From contig CAVSIZ010000013.1 in assembly GCA_963728125.1 (NCBI GenBank), forward strand, positions 98,803 through 162,802: DNA of 64,000 nt, given 5' to 3'. Each line of letters opens with the position of its first letter. Within the stretch, counting starts at the first letter, position 1. The position numbers and the translations under genes were made by a program. This document shows, in pieces, positions 40,401 through 49,815 of this stretch. A model generated the notes under the pieces. That model was not told the origin of the DNA, made no database searches, and was given only the letters and a program-made list of their open reading frames with translations. This DNA is from an uncultured Actinomycetota bacterium. Lineage in GTDB: Bacteria > Actinomycetota > Actinomycetes > CAWDCV01.

Positions 40401-42065
40401 GAGGAACACGCCGAACAGCCCGCGATCGGGAATCGTGCCGCCGCTGGTCACCGCGAGCCGTTGCGCTCCGGGTCGACCGGTGATCATTCCCTCGACGCGG
40501 TCCCAAACCAGGCGTGGACGCAGCTCGGCGAACTCGTCGCTCGGGTAGCGACCGGCAAGCATGTCGAGCACCGCGTCGTAGGCGCTTTGTGGCAGCGTCG
40601 CGAACGGCGCAGCGCGACGCACGACCGTCAGCAGGTCGTCGACCGCCCAGGCGTCCATCGACACCATCGCGACGATCTGTTGCGCGAGGACATCGAGCGG
40701 GTTGCGAGGGAACCGGGTCGACTCGATGGCGCCATCGCGCATCCGCTCGACGACGACAGCGGTCTGAACGAGGTCGCCGCGGTACTTCGGGAACAGCACG
40801 CCGCGCGACACTGCGCCGACCTGGTGCCCGGCACGACCCACGCGCTGCAGACCGCTGGCCACCGACGGCGGCGACTCGACCTGGACGACCAGATCGACCG
40901 CGCCCATGTCGATGCCGAGCTCCAAGCTCGACGTCGCCACGACCGCGGGGAGGCGTCCGGCCTTGAGCGCGTTCTCGATCTCTGCGCGCTGCTCCTTGGA
41001 CACCGAGCCGTGGTGGGCGCGGGCGATCTCCTGACCCGGCGGCGCCCCTCGTGAGGAGCCCGCCTGGGCCATGACCGCCGCGGGGGTGAGCGAGCCAGCA
41101 GCCGGTAGCTCGTCCTCGGCCTCCCGCTCCCAGGCGATCTCATTGAGCCGAGCCGTCAGTCGCTCGGCGAGACGGCGGGAGTTCGCGAACACGATCGTCG
41201 ATCGGTGGTCGGCGATCAGGTCGACGATGCGCTCCTCCACGTGCGGCCAGATCGAGGTTCGCTGTTCGTTGCCGGCCGCTGATCCCTCCATCTCGCCGGT
41301 CGTCTCGCCGAGCAGCGACATGTCCTCAACAGGTACGACGACCTCGAGGTCGAACCTCTTCTCTGACGGCGGTTGGACCACCTGCACCGGTCGGGTGGCG
41401 CAGAGGAAGGTGGCGATCTCCTCGACCGGCCGTACCGTCGCCGACAACCCCACACGCTGCGCAGGCTGGTCAAGGAGCTCGTCGAGCCGTTCCAGCGAAA
41501 GGGCGAGGTGAGCGCCGCGCTTGGTTCCGGCGACGGCGTGGACCTCGTCGACGATGACCGTCTCGACGCCGCGTAGCGACTCCCGCGCCTGCGACGTCAG
41601 GATGAGGAACAGCGACTCGGGTGTCGTGATGAGGATGTCGGGTGGTCGCCGACCGAAGCGCCGTCGCTCTTCTGCTGAGGTGTCCCCGGACCGGACGCCG
41701 ACGTCGATGTCGGGTTCGGGCAGGCCGAGCCGTACGGAGGCCTGCCGAATCCCGGTGAGAGGGGCGCGAAGGTTGCGCTCCACGTCGACGGCCAGCGCCT
41801 TGAGCGGCGAGACGTAGAGGATCCGGCACCGCCGCTGCGGATCCTCAACAGGTGGTGCCGTGGCCAGTCGATCAAGCGACCACAGGAAGGCTGCCAGTGT
41901 CTTGCCTGAGCCGGTGGGAGCGACGACGAGTGCATCCCGAGCCTGACCAATCGCGTCCCATGCGCCCACCTGCGCCGCGGTCGGGTCCGCGAAGGCGCCC
42001 TCGAACCAGGCCCGGGTCGCGGGAGAGAAGCGGTGTTGTTTTCCACCGGGCAGAGCTGAGACCAC
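37497..42065 (-). CDS. lhr: ATP-dependent helicase Lhr (large helicase-related)
   Basis: About 1520 aa; Walker A VVAPTGSGKTLAAFL; DEVH box; Lhr C-terminal domains; a probable GTG start giving (M)VSALPGGKQHRFSPATRAWFEGAF. Confidence 0.85.
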   Translation of the reverse strand: MVSALPGGKQHRFSPATRAWFEGAFADPTAAQVGAWDAIGQARDALVVAPTGSGKTLAAFLWSLDRLATAPPVEDPQRRCRILYVSPLKALAVDVERNLRAPLTGIRQASVRLGLPEPDIDVGVRSGDTSAEERRRFGRRPPDILITTPESLFLILTSQARESLRGVETVIVDEVHAVAGTKRGAHLALSLERLDELLDQPAQRVGLSATVRPVEEIATFLCATRPVQVVQPPSEKRFDLEVVVPVEDMSLLGETTGEMEGSAAGNEQRTSIWPHVEERIVDLIADHRSTIVFANSRRLAERLTARLNEIAWEREAEDELPAAGSLTPAAVMAQAGSSRGAPPGQEIARAHHGSVSKEQRAEIENALKAGRLPAVVATSSLELGIDMGAVDLVVQVESPPSVASGLQRVGRAGHQVGAVSRGVLFPKYRGDLVQTAVVVERMRDGAIESTRFPRNPLDVLAQQIVAMVSMDAWAVDDLLTVVRRAAPFATLPQSAYDAVLDMLAGRYPSDEFAELRPRLVWDRVEGMITGRPGAQRLAVTSGGTIPDRGLFGVFLVGEKASRVGELDEEMVYESRVGDVFTLGSTSWRIEDITHDRVLVSPAPGMPGRLPFWHGDAPGRPIELGRALGAFIRELGKLSADRARSRVLAAGLDEWATDNLLAYLTEQREATGHVPDDRTILVERFRDELGDWRVAIHSPFGAQVHAPWALALSARLRERYGVNVQAMHSDDGIVLRLPDTEDSPPAELAVFEPDEVEPLVTEEVGGSALFASRFRECAARALLLPRRNPGRRSPLWQQRQRSAQLLSVASQYGSFPIVLETMRECLQDVFDVPGLVELMRDLESRRVRFVEVETTQPSPFARSLLFGYVGAFMYEGDSPLAERRAAALALDTSLLAELLGQAELRELLDPSALETLERELQRLTEDRQCRDAEDVADLLRVLGPLSTAEAVERGATPQWLAGLEEVRRAIRVRIAGDERWTAIEDAGRLRDALGVPLPVGIPEAFLELVADPLGDLVSRYARTHGPFHAADVAVRFGVGIAVATETLRRLSSSGRVVEGEFRPGGLGTEWCDAEVLRRLRRMSLAALRREVEPVEPVALARFLPAWQHVGVGGLRGPDGVLRVVEQLQGAAVPASALEQLVLPTRVAGYSPAMLDELCSSGEVVWAGRGSLPGNDGWLTLLPTDSAPLLLPPVAEYSSTPLHDAVLTELSGGAALFFRTLSDRVGSLDDQTLVSAVWDLVWAGLVTNDTLAPLRSLIGTGRGTHRARPAQPRTRYSRSRPTMPSRTGPPSVAGRWSLLPERETDETRRAAAVAETLLDRHGIVTRGSVTSERVPGGFAATYRVLAAIEETGRIRRGYFVEGLGASQFAAPGAVDRMRALAVSPSERRPTASPRRHREDEGPRALVLAATDPANPYGAALPWPDREGEGSHKPGRKAGALAVLVDGALILYVERGGRSLLTFVDEADDRLQPAVDALALAVREGHLGKLTVERADGEGVLTSTLGQALSAAGFHATPRGLRLRG

Positions 42066-42240
42066 CTCGCCATCCTGCCTCGCCCCACCGACAGTTCTGG
42101 TTCGGCGTTGGTTGCCATGCCCGAACAGATGCCTCGTGCCGGCCCGTGTCTCGTTAGCTGGTTCCTTGCGAACGGGACACGGCGATGCGGCTGTACAGGC
42201 AGAACCAGTAGTTGGTCCGTGACCGACGTGTCCGCAAGGA

Positions 42241-42738
42241 TCACGCGACATCCGGCGGAACATCGGCCGGTGGCTCGTCGATCGACCGAGAGCCGCGCAT
42301 CGATGAGGCCTCGTCGCGGGTCAGTGATTGCCCGACAAGAGCTCGCATGGCGGTCGCGTTGTCCACGGGTTCATCGCGCTCTCGTGGCCACCCGATATGC
42401 CCGTCACCGTTCCAGCGCGGGACCAGGTGCACGTGGACATGCGGCACGCGCTGACCGCTGGCCGCGCCGTTGTTCTGCCGCACCGTCAACCCGTCCGGAG
42501 CCAGCCTGTCGTGCAGCAGCGCAGCCACCGATCGCACGGTCTGCATCAGCGCGGCCGCGGTCGCGTCGTCGAGGTCCCAGACGCTTTCGTAGTGGGCACG
42601 CGGCATGACCAGCGTGTGGCCAAGCGACGCCGGACTGGCGTCCAACACGGCAACGCATGTCTCCGACGACGCCACTACATCAGCCGAGCTGAGATCACGC
42701 ATCAGCACGCAAAAGGCGCAGCTGTCCTGTCGCTCCAC
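42241..42738 (-). CDS. HIT family hydrolase
   Basis: Histidine triad HVHVHLVPR. Confidence 0.75.
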   Translation of the reverse strand: MERQDSCAFCVLMRDLSSADVVASSETCVAVLDASPASLGHTLVMPRAHYESVWDLDDATAAALMQTVRSVAALLHDRLAPDGLTVRQNNGAASGQRVPHVHVHLVPRWNGDGHIGWPRERDEPVDNATAMRALVGQSLTRDEASSMRGSRSIDEPPADVPPDVA

Positions 42739-42791
42739 GCTGCAGATCGTGCCGGTCCGGCCGGCCGCGGAACAGTCGGATACTGAGGACC

Positions 42792-42986
42792 ATGCGGCTC
42801 ACCGACTTCTGGTCCCGGATGACGGAGCACTTCGGCGAGGGGTACGCGGAGTCGTACGCGCGCGATTTCGTCATCGCTGAGCTCGGGGACCGCACCGTTT
42901 CCCAGGCGCTCGAGCAGGGTGAGGACGCTAAGGACGTGTGGCGTGCGGTGTGCGCCGCGGAGGACGTGCCGGCGCGACTGCGATGA
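42792..42986 (+). CDS. DUF3046 protein (conserved directly upstream of recA in mycobacteria)
   Basis: MRLTDFWSRMTEHFGEGYAESYARDFVIAELGDRTVSQALEQGEDAKDVWRAVCAA matches the DUF3046 consensus. Confidence 0.7.
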   Translation: MRLTDFWSRMTEHFGEGYAESYARDFVIAELGDRTVSQALEQGEDAKDVWRAVCAAEDVPARLR

Positions 42987-44311
42987 AGGAAGCGATGCCG
43001 ACGTCGACGGCGCAGGATCTCGCCGCCGTTCAGCGACGCACGGTTGGGGTGCTGTCGTTGAGCCAGGGGTTCGCTGCGGTTGGCGTGGCGAGTGGGATCG
43101 CCGTGGGCACGTTGCTCGCGGCTGAGGTGTCGCGATCAGAGGCGCTGGCGGGTCTGCCGCAGACCGGGACCGTCCTCGGTGCGGCGCTGGCCGCCGTGCC
43201 ATTGTCGCGGCTGATGGCTGCCAAGGGGCGCCGCACCGGCCTGGTGACGGGCTACGGGCTAGCCGTGGTCGGTGCGGTGGTGGTCATCGCGGCGGCCGTT
43301 CTCTCGGCGGGGGAGACACCGTCTACCGTCGCCTTTTTGTTGCTGCTGGTCGGCATGTTCCTCTTCGGCACTGCGACGGCAGCCGGCTTGCAAGCGCGCT
43401 TTGCAGCGATGGACCTCGCCGTACCCGAGCGCCGTGGCAGCGCGCTGTCCATCGTGGTGTGGTCGGGAACGATCGGCGCGGTGCTCGGACCGAACCTGGC
43501 CGAGCCCGGCGGCGTGGTTGCCGAGCGGCTGGGCCTGCCGGCGCTGGCCGGGCCGTTCGTGTTCTCGATCGTCGGGTTCCTCGTCAGTGTGACGGTGTTG
43601 TCGGTGCTGCTTCGCCCCGATCCCTTGCTGCTGGCTCGCCAATTGGCAGGCGTTCCTGTCGACGGCGATCCGGATCGCGTGGACGCCGCACGTACGTCGA
43701 CGCCGCTGCGGGCGACGTTGGAGCTGATCGGTCGTACCCCCGCCGCCGTGCTCGGCCTGCTCGCGGTGGCCGTCGCGCACACGGCAATGATTGCGGTGAT
43801 GGTGATGACGCCGATCCACATGGATCACGGCGGTGCGCAGCTGCGCGTCATCGGGCTCGTCATCAGCGTCCATGTGGCCGGCATGTACGCGTTCTCGCCC
43901 GTTGTCGGGTGGCTCGTCGACGCTGCAGGTCGTGTCCGCATGATCGTTGCCGGCGCAATCCTGCTGCTCCTGTCCGCGGTCGTGGCGGGCCTTGCGCCAT
44001 CGCACGCGTCGGCTCAGCTCGGCATCGGGCTGTTCCTCCTCGGCCTCGGCTGGTCGTGCTGCCTGGTGGCTGGCTCGACACTGCTGAGCGAGAGCGTGCC
44101 CGTCGAGACTCGTCCGGCAGTGCAGGGTGCCTCGGACCTCGTGATGGGACTGTGCGCAGCGGTCGGCGGAGCGCTCTCCGGTGTCGTCCTCGGCGCCTTT
44201 GGCTTCGGTCCCCTCAACCTGCTGGCTGCGATTCTCGTGGTTGGTCTCCTCGTGGCCGTGACCCTGTCGCGCGGCTCTCGCTCCGAGGTTCGACCTGAGG
44301 GTTCGACCTGA
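42983..44311 (+). CDS. MFS transporter
   Basis: 12 transmembrane helices; the start is ambiguous (42983 or 42995). Confidence 0.7.
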   Translation: MKEAMPTSTAQDLAAVQRRTVGVLSLSQGFAAVGVASGIAVGTLLAAEVSRSEALAGLPQTGTVLGAALAAVPLSRLMAAKGRRTGLVTGYGLAVVGAVVVIAAAVLSAGETPSTVAFLLLLVGMFLFGTATAAGLQARFAAMDLAVPERRGSALSIVVWSGTIGAVLGPNLAEPGGVVAERLGLPALAGPFVFSIVGFLVSVTVLSVLLRPDPLLLARQLAGVPVDGDPDRVDAARTSTPLRATLELIGRTPAAVLGLLAVAVAHTAMIAVMVMTPIHMDHGGAQLRVIGLVISVHVAGMYAFSPVVGWLVDAAGRVRMIVAGAILLLLSAVVAGLAPSHASAQLGIGLFLLGLGWSCCLVAGSTLLSESVPVETRPAVQGASDLVMGLCAAVGGALSGVVLGAFGFGPLNLLAAILVVGLLVAVTLSRGSRSEVRPEGST

Positions 44312-44378
44312 TGTCTCGGGTCCTGCTGCGGGGAGGTAATGTGCGCGCGGCTGCCCGCGCCTGACGCGGGCTGCTGTC

Positions 44379-44741
44379 ATGTCGGAGCACGTCCGCGCAG
44401 GAGATTTCGTGGCAACCCAGAAGCAATCCAAGACCGCCCGCGCCTCGGTGCGCGCAGCCTCCGGCGCTGCAAACGCCGCTGTCACCGTGCTGGGCGAGTA
44501 CACCTACCTCGTTCCGCTGAACCATGGGCGCAATGCGTACGTGCGCAACCTCCTCACCGGCCGGACGCCGAACCTGCGGACCGACTCCGACGCGTTCGTC
44601 GACGAGATCCGGGCCCTCGCCGCTGCTGGTCACGGCGCCAGGCTGCGCGCCGAGGTCGAGGCGTTGAACGTCGCGTACCCGGGCGACGGCTGGGACGTCA
44701 CCCTGAAGCGCCTCGACGAGGCGGAGGCGTTCTCCGCCTAG
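44379..44741 (+). CDS. hypothetical protein
   Basis: 120-aa ORF with no recognised domain, lying between the MFS gene and recA. Confidence 0.35.
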   Translation: MSEHVRAGDFVATQKQSKTARASVRAASGAANAAVTVLGEYTYLVPLNHGRNAYVRNLLTGRTPNLRTDSDAFVDEIRALAAAGHGARLRAEVEALNVAYPGDGWDVTLKRLDEAEAFSA

Positions 44742-44845
44742 GCGGGTTCTTCGCCGGGCCGTCATTTCGTGAATCTTGAGACGTCGATATCGCTCGGGCG
44801 ACGTCGAGGGCGAATGCTCTATTGACGCGGTGTGTCGGTCCCTGC

Positions 44846-44861
44846 TCGAACACGTGTTCGG
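44846..44861. promoter_or_regulatory. LexA SOS box upstream of recA
   Basis: TCGAAC-ACGT-GTTCGG fits the actinobacterial LexA consensus TCGAAC-N4-GTTCGA; it lies about 120 nt upstream of the recA start. Confidence 0.75.
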
Positions 44862-44981
44862 CTACTGTCCACAGGGTCACCTTGTCCACAGATGTGTGTC
44901 GAGCCGAGGGAGCTGTCGGTGCCGGCCTCTAGGTTCGATCGCACGATGGCACGCACACCACGACCCGACAGGGCGGTATCC

Positions 44982-47102
44982 ATGGCAGCTCCGGCAGACC
45001 GCACCAAGGCGCTCGACAACGCACTGGCACAGATCGAGCGCTCTTTCGGCAAGGGCTCGGTCATGCGCCTCGGCGAGGAAGGACGAGCGCCGGTCGAGGT
45101 GATCCCGACCGGTGCCATCGCCCTCGACGTCGCACTCGGCATCGGCGGCCTGCCGCGCGGCCGGGTGGTCGAGATCTACGGACCCGAGGCCAGTGGCAAG
45201 ACGACGGTCGCCTTGCACGCGGTCGCGAGCGCGCAGCATGCAGGCGGCATCGCGGCATTCATCGATGCCGAGCACGCGCTCGACCCCGAATATGCCAAGC
45301 GGCTCGGCGTCGACACCGACGCGCTGCTGGTGTCGCAACCCGACACGGGGGAGCAGGCGCTCGAGATCGCCGACATGCTCATCCGCTCCGGTGCGCTCGA
45401 CGTCATCGTCATCGACTCGGTCGCTGCGCTCGTCCCTCGGGCCGAGATCGAGGGCGAGATGGGCGACAGCCACGTTGGGCTGCAGGCCCGGTTGATGAGC
45501 CAGGCGTTACGCAAGCTGACGGGCGCGTTGAATTCGTCGAGAACGACCGCGATATTCATCAATCAGTTGCGCGAGAAGGTCGGCGTGATGTTCGGGTGCC
45601 TCTCATACGGCACTCGTGTCACGCTGGCCGACGGATCGCAGGAGAAGATCGGGAAGATCGTCAATCAGCGCCTTCCCGTCGAGGTGCTGTCTTATGACCC
45701 CGATCTCGCGCGCATCGTCCCCAGGCGCGTCGTCAACTGGTTCGACAATGGCCGGACGGATGAGTTTCTTCAGATCACCATTGCTCGTCCGTCAGGCAAC
45801 GGGAGATCTCAACTCGCAGTCACGCGGAACCACCTGATCAGCACTCCCGCCGGTTGGCGAGAGGCAGGGGAGTTGCGAGTGGGTGACCGGGTCATGCTCT
45901 CGCAGCCGCACCTGCTGAGTGACTTCCAATGGCAGGTCATCCTGGGCGGACTCATGGGTGATGGCTGCCTTTCACCGGCGCGCAACGGAATCGGCGCCCG
46001 ATACCGGATGGGCCACGCGGCCAAGCAGCACGACTACTTGCAGTGGAAGTCGTCACTGCTCGCCAACCTGAAGCAGAGCCACACGAGCAATGCCAAGGGC
46101 GCCGAGTTCGTCGACGTTCAACCTCTGCCCGAGCTCGGTGAGCTACGGGATGCGGTCTACATCGCCGGAAAGAAGGTGTTGTCCTGGGAGTACCTCAAGG
46201 CGCTGACACCGCTGGCGCTGGCGATGTGGTACATGGACGACGGCAGTTTCACACTTCGCGCGAAGGGTGTGCAGGAACGCACGCGCGACGGCAGCGGGCG
46301 CAGTGACATCTGCATCGAAGCGATGAGCGAGGACTCTCGACGCCGTCTCGTCGAGCATCTTGCCGGTGCATTCGATCTGCATCCGCGGCTCATCGCTCGG
46401 GCCGGCAAGGCCGTCCTCGTGTTTCCCAAGGACGAGACGGCCAAGCTGCACGAGCTGGTAGCGCCGTACGTTCATCCATCAATGGACTACAAGCTTCTGC
46501 CGCGGTTGCGTGGTCGATTCGCTGTTCAGCCGGAGTTCGTCGAGCCGGTCCTCAAGCCCGTTCCCGCACGGGTGGTCGACATTCATGTCAAGCCTCCCAC
46601 TCGGTCCATGCAGCGCTTCGACATCGAAGTCGAGGGATCGCACAACTACCTGGCTGACGGAGTCATCGTTCACAACAGCCCGGAGACGACGACGGGCGGC
46701 CGGGCGCTGAAGTTCTACGCATCGGTACGGCTCGACGTTCGGCGCATCGAGACGCTCAAGGACGGCACCGACTCGGTCGGCAACCGCACTCGCGTCAAGG
46801 TAGTGAAGAACAAGATGGCTCCGCCGTTCAAGCAGGCGGAGTTCGACATCATCTACGGGCATGGCATCAGCCGTGAGGGCGGGTTGATCGACATGGGCGT
46901 CGAGCACAGCATCGTGCGCAAATCGGGCGCCTGGTACACCTACGAGGGCGACCAGCTCGGCCAGGGCAAGGAGAATTCGCGCGCATTCCTGCGTGACAAC
47001 CCCGACCTCGCCGACGAGATCGAGAAGCGCATCAAGGAAAAGCTCGGCATTGGGGCAAAGCTCGACGCTGAGGAGCCGTTGCCCGCGCCGATCGACTTCT
47101 AG
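44982..47102 (+). CDS. recA: recombinase RecA carrying an in-frame intein
   Basis: N-extein ...GPEASGKTT...[12 protein letters not shown]; C-extein [23 protein letters not shown]...; an alternative start is at 44949. Confidence 0.9.
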   Translation: MAAPADRTKALDNALAQIERSFGKGSVMRLGEEGRAPVEVIPTGAIALDVALGIGGLPRGRVVEIYGPEASGKTTVALHAVASAQHAGGIAAFIDAEHALDPEYAKRLGVDTDALLVSQPDTGEQALEIADMLIRSGALDVIVIDSVAALVPRAEIEGEMGDSHVGLQARLMSQALRKLTGALNSSRTTAIFINQLREKVGVMFGCLSYGTRVTLADGSQEKIGKIVNQRLPVEVLSYDPDLARIVPRRVVNWFDNGRTDEFLQITIARPSGNGRSQLAVTRNHLISTPAGWREAGELRVGDRVMLSQPHLLSDFQWQVILGGLMGDGCLSPARNGIGARYRMGHAAKQHDYLQWKSSLLANLKQSHTSNAKGAEFVDVQPLPELGELRDAVYIAGKKVLSWEYLKALTPLALAMWYMDDGSFTLRAKGVQERTRDGSGRSDICIEAMSEDSRRRLVEHLAGAFDLHPRLIARAGKAVLVFPKDETAKLHELVAPYVHPSMDYKLLPRLRGRFAVQPEFVEPVLKPVPARVVDIHVKPPTRSMQRFDIEVEGSHNYLADGVIVHNSPETTTGGRALKFYASVRLDVRRIETLKDGTDSVGNRTRVKVVKNKMAPPFKQAEFDIIYGHGISREGGLIDMGVEHSIVRKSGAWYTYEGDQLGQGKENSRAFLRDNPDLADEIEKRIKEKLGIGAKLDAEEPLPAPIDF
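45603..46676 (+). mobile_element. RecA intein (358 aa) with a LAGLIDADG homing-endonuclease domain, inserted at the RecA-a site
   Basis: Begins [13 protein letters not shown]; block B is [11 protein letters not shown]; LAGLIDADG motifs are [13 protein letters not shown] and [11 protein letters not shown]; ends DGVIVHN followed by Ser; its length is a multiple of 3. Confidence 0.9.
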
Positions 47103-47105
47103 GCG

Positions 47106-47813
47106 GTGGCGATCAGGGCCGCCGCTCGCTCACGGGGCGCTTCCGCGGCACGCGAAGACGCTGACCTTGCTGCGGACCCGGAGAGCGTCGCGCGGGCGGT
47201 GTGCCTACGGCTGCTGACCGGGGCACCCAAGACGCGGGCACAGCTGGCGGAGGCACTGCGCCGTCGCGGCGTGCCCGACGACGTCGCCGAGCGGGTGCTC
47301 GACCGGCTCGTCGATGTGCGGCTGATCGACGATGGTGCGTTCGCCGATGCGTGGGTGGACACGCGACATCGCGGTCGAGGGCTGGCGCGGAGAGCGTTGC
47401 GAGCGGAGTTGCGCCAGCGGGGCGTGGATGACGAGCTCGTCGGATCGGCGGTCGCGCGGATCGATGACGACGACGAGGCGGCAGCTGCGGCGGCGCTGGT
47501 GGCGCGCCGGCTCGCGTCGACGCGGAATGTGCCGTACGACGCGCGGGTGCGCCGGCTCGCCGGGATGCTGGCACGCAAGGGGTATCCGGGCGGGCTCGCG
47601 CTCCGGGTCGTGCGCGATGCCTTGCGTGCGGAGCAGCACAGCGGCGTCGCCGATGGCAGCGAGCCGCGGGGGAGTCGCCGAGACGCTGCCGTCGTGGCGA
47701 AGCGATTCGATGCCAAGCGATTCGATGCCGAGCCATTCGAGGCGGAGCGATTCGATGCAGATCCATTCGGGCCTGCGCTACTCGAGGCTGAGCCAGACGA
47801 CGAGGACGGCTAG
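47106..47813 (+). CDS. recX: recombination regulator RecX with an extended repetitive acidic C-terminal tail
   Basis: RecX core VCLRLLTGAPKTRAQLAEALRRRGV...; tail KRFDAKRFDAEPFEAERFDADPF. Confidence 0.8.
   Translation: MAIRAAARSRGASAAREDADLAADPESVARAVCLRLLTGAPKTRAQLAEALRRRGVPDDVAERVLDRLVDVRLIDDGAFADAWVDTRHRGRGLARRALRAELRQRGVDDELVGSAVARIDDDDEAAAAAALVARRLASTRNVPYDARVRRLAGMLARKGYPGGLALRVVRDALRAEQHSGVADGSEPRGSRRDAAVVAKRFDAKRFDAEPFEAERFDADPFGPALLEAEPDDEDG
47690..47790 (+). repeat. imperfect 15-bp tandem repeats (about 5 copies) encoding the KRFDA/EPFEA units in the recX 3' end
   Basis: aagcgattcgatgcc aagcgattcgatgcc gagccattcgaggcg gagcgattcgatgca gatccattcgggcct. Confidence 0.6.
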
Positions 47814-48169
47814 CTGCCGGCCGGTCCGACGTTGCTTCGGGCGACCGTGCAGAAGTCAGCGGGCCGGCGAGCGAGATCGGTTCCTGTTTGCTTGTTCGTC
47901 GCGCCGTCTTGACCATTTCGTGACCTAAGTCTTAGCCTCAGGCTCATTGAGGGATCACCCCGCACTGCGGGTAGCGCTATACACGAACAGAACGAACGAG
48001 CCAACGAGTCCGGCCGAGGAGGCCGGTGACCTGCACGAACACGCAACATCCGCCGCGAAAACGGTTGCACAACGTTTCTTCCCGTCTCAGCGACGGTTAT
48101 TTGGCGACCCCGTCGTCCGTGTGATCCCTCGAAGCGTGCCCGTGTGGGCTGATGAGGAGGGAGACGGCC

Positions 48170-49777
48170 GTGTTCGACGCAGGCGTCGTGGAACTAGTGG
48201 TCTTCGGTCTCCTCATCCTCGTTCTCGCTGGGGTCGTGCTCGCCCTCGTGACGGTGCTGCGCCGTGCCCGGCCTGCCGTGGCGACGGACTCGTCTGGGCT
48301 CGTGCAGGATGAGCTCGAGGCCGCCCGGCGAGAAGCGGACAACATCCGGGAACGCGCGACCATTGAGGCCGCCGACATCGCGCAGAAGGCAGAGGCGTCT
48401 TCAGTTGCCGCCCAGCGCACCCGCCAGGAGGCCGAGGACGAGATCCGGGCACTCAAGGACGACGTGCGTGAGCTGCGCCTCGATCTCGAGCGACGCGAGC
48501 ACCGGCTGGCCGAACGCGAGGAGCGCCTGGACAGCGAGCAGAGCCGCGTCGAGGAACGCGACCGTGAGCTGTTCGAGGTCGAGGCAGCCATCGACCGCAA
48601 GCGCGCCGAGCTGGAGGACGTTGAGGAGGAACGACGCCTCATCCTCGAGCGCACCGCGGGGCTGACGGCGGGGCAAGCCAAGAGTGAGCTGATCTCGGGC
48701 ATCGAGAATCAGGCGAAGCGGGAAGCTGCGATCCTGATCCGCGACATCGAGCGAGAGGCCAACGAGCAGGGCCAGGAGCGAGCTCGCAAGATCATCACCC
48801 TTGCCATCCAACGATTGGCGAGTGAGCAGACAGCCGAGTCCGTGGTCGCGGTGCTGCACCTGCCGAGCGACGACATGAAGGGTCGGATCATCGGCCGCGA
48901 GGGCCGCAACATCCGAGCGTTCGAGGCGACGACCGGCGTCAACCTCATCATCGACGACACCCCGGAAGCCGTGCTGCTGTCCTGCTTCGATCCGGTCCGC
49001 CGCGAGGTGGCCCGGCTCACTCTCGAATCGCTCGTCCTCGACGGCCGCATCCATCCGCATCGCATCGAGGAGGTCTACGACCGGAGCAAGTCCGAGGTTG
49101 AGGCCCTGTGCGTGCGAGCCGGGGAGGACGCGCTGGTCGAGGTCGGGATCACTGAGATGCATCCCGAGCTGGTCGCGCTGCTGGGTCGCTTGCGCTACCG
49201 CACGTCGTACGGCCAGAACGTCCTCAAGCACCTCGTCGAATCCGCGCACATCGCCGGCATGATGGCCAGCGAGCTTGGTCTCGACCGCACGCTGCTCAAG
49301 CGCTGCGCGTTGCTCCACGACATCGGCAAGGCGCTCACCCACGAGGTCGAGGGCAGTCACGCGCTCATTGGCGCAGAGATCGCCCGGCGGTACGGCGAGA
49401 ACGAAGACGTCGTCCACGCCATCGAGGCCCACCACAACGAGGTCGAGGTCAAGACCGTCGAGGCCGTGTTGACACAGGCGGCCGATGCCATCAGCGGTGG
49501 CCGACCGGGTGCACGGCGCGAATCGCTGGAGGCCTACGTCAAGCGGCTGGAGCGCCTCGAGGAGATCGCTCACAAACATGAGGGCGTCGAGAAGGTCTTC
49601 GCCATGCAGGCCGGTCGCGAGGTGCGCGTCATGGTCCAGCCGGACGCCATCGACGACATCCAGGCCCAGGTCCTCGCGCGCGACATCGCCAAGCAGGTCG
49701 AGGAGGAGCTGACCTACCCAGGGCAGATCCGCATCATGGTCGTCCGCGAGTCGAGAGCCACCGAGTTCGCTCGCTGA
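48170..49777 (+). CDS. rny: ribonuclease Y
   Basis: N-terminal transmembrane helix, a coiled-coil, a KH domain, and an HD domain (LLHDIGKA...HH); GTG at 48170 preceded by AGGAGGG (the annotated ATG at 48152 lacks an RBS). Confidence 0.85.
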   Translation: MFDAGVVELVVFGLLILVLAGVVLALVTVLRRARPAVATDSSGLVQDELEAARREADNIRERATIEAADIAQKAEASSVAAQRTRQEAEDEIRALKDDVRELRLDLERREHRLAEREERLDSEQSRVEERDRELFEVEAAIDRKRAELEDVEEERRLILERTAGLTAGQAKSELISGIENQAKREAAILIRDIEREANEQGQERARKIITLAIQRLASEQTAESVVAVLHLPSDDMKGRIIGREGRNIRAFEATTGVNLIIDDTPEAVLLSCFDPVRREVARLTLESLVLDGRIHPHRIEEVYDRSKSEVEALCVRAGEDALVEVGITEMHPELVALLGRLRYRTSYGQNVLKHLVESAHIAGMMASELGLDRTLLKRCALLHDIGKALTHEVEGSHALIGAEIARRYGENEDVVHAIEAHHNEVEVKTVEAVLTQAADAISGGRPGARRESLEAYVKRLERLEEIAHKHEGVEKVFAMQAGREVRVMVQPDAIDDIQAQVLARDIAKQVEEELTYPGQIRIMVVRESRATEFAR

Positions 49778-49815
49778 TGTAGTCAGCTCTCTGTTCGCAG
49801 GGACCTGGGTCGCAG

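Noticed and set aside
43259-44503. 414-aa minus-strand ORF
   Set aside because: It is antisense to an MFS transporter with 12 transmembrane helices, and its composition is highly charged junk
47965-47990. LexA-like half-sites GAACAGAACGAAC in the recX-rny spacer
   Set aside because: The half-sites are direct rather than inverted, so this does not fit the TCGAAC-N4-GTTCGA palindrome
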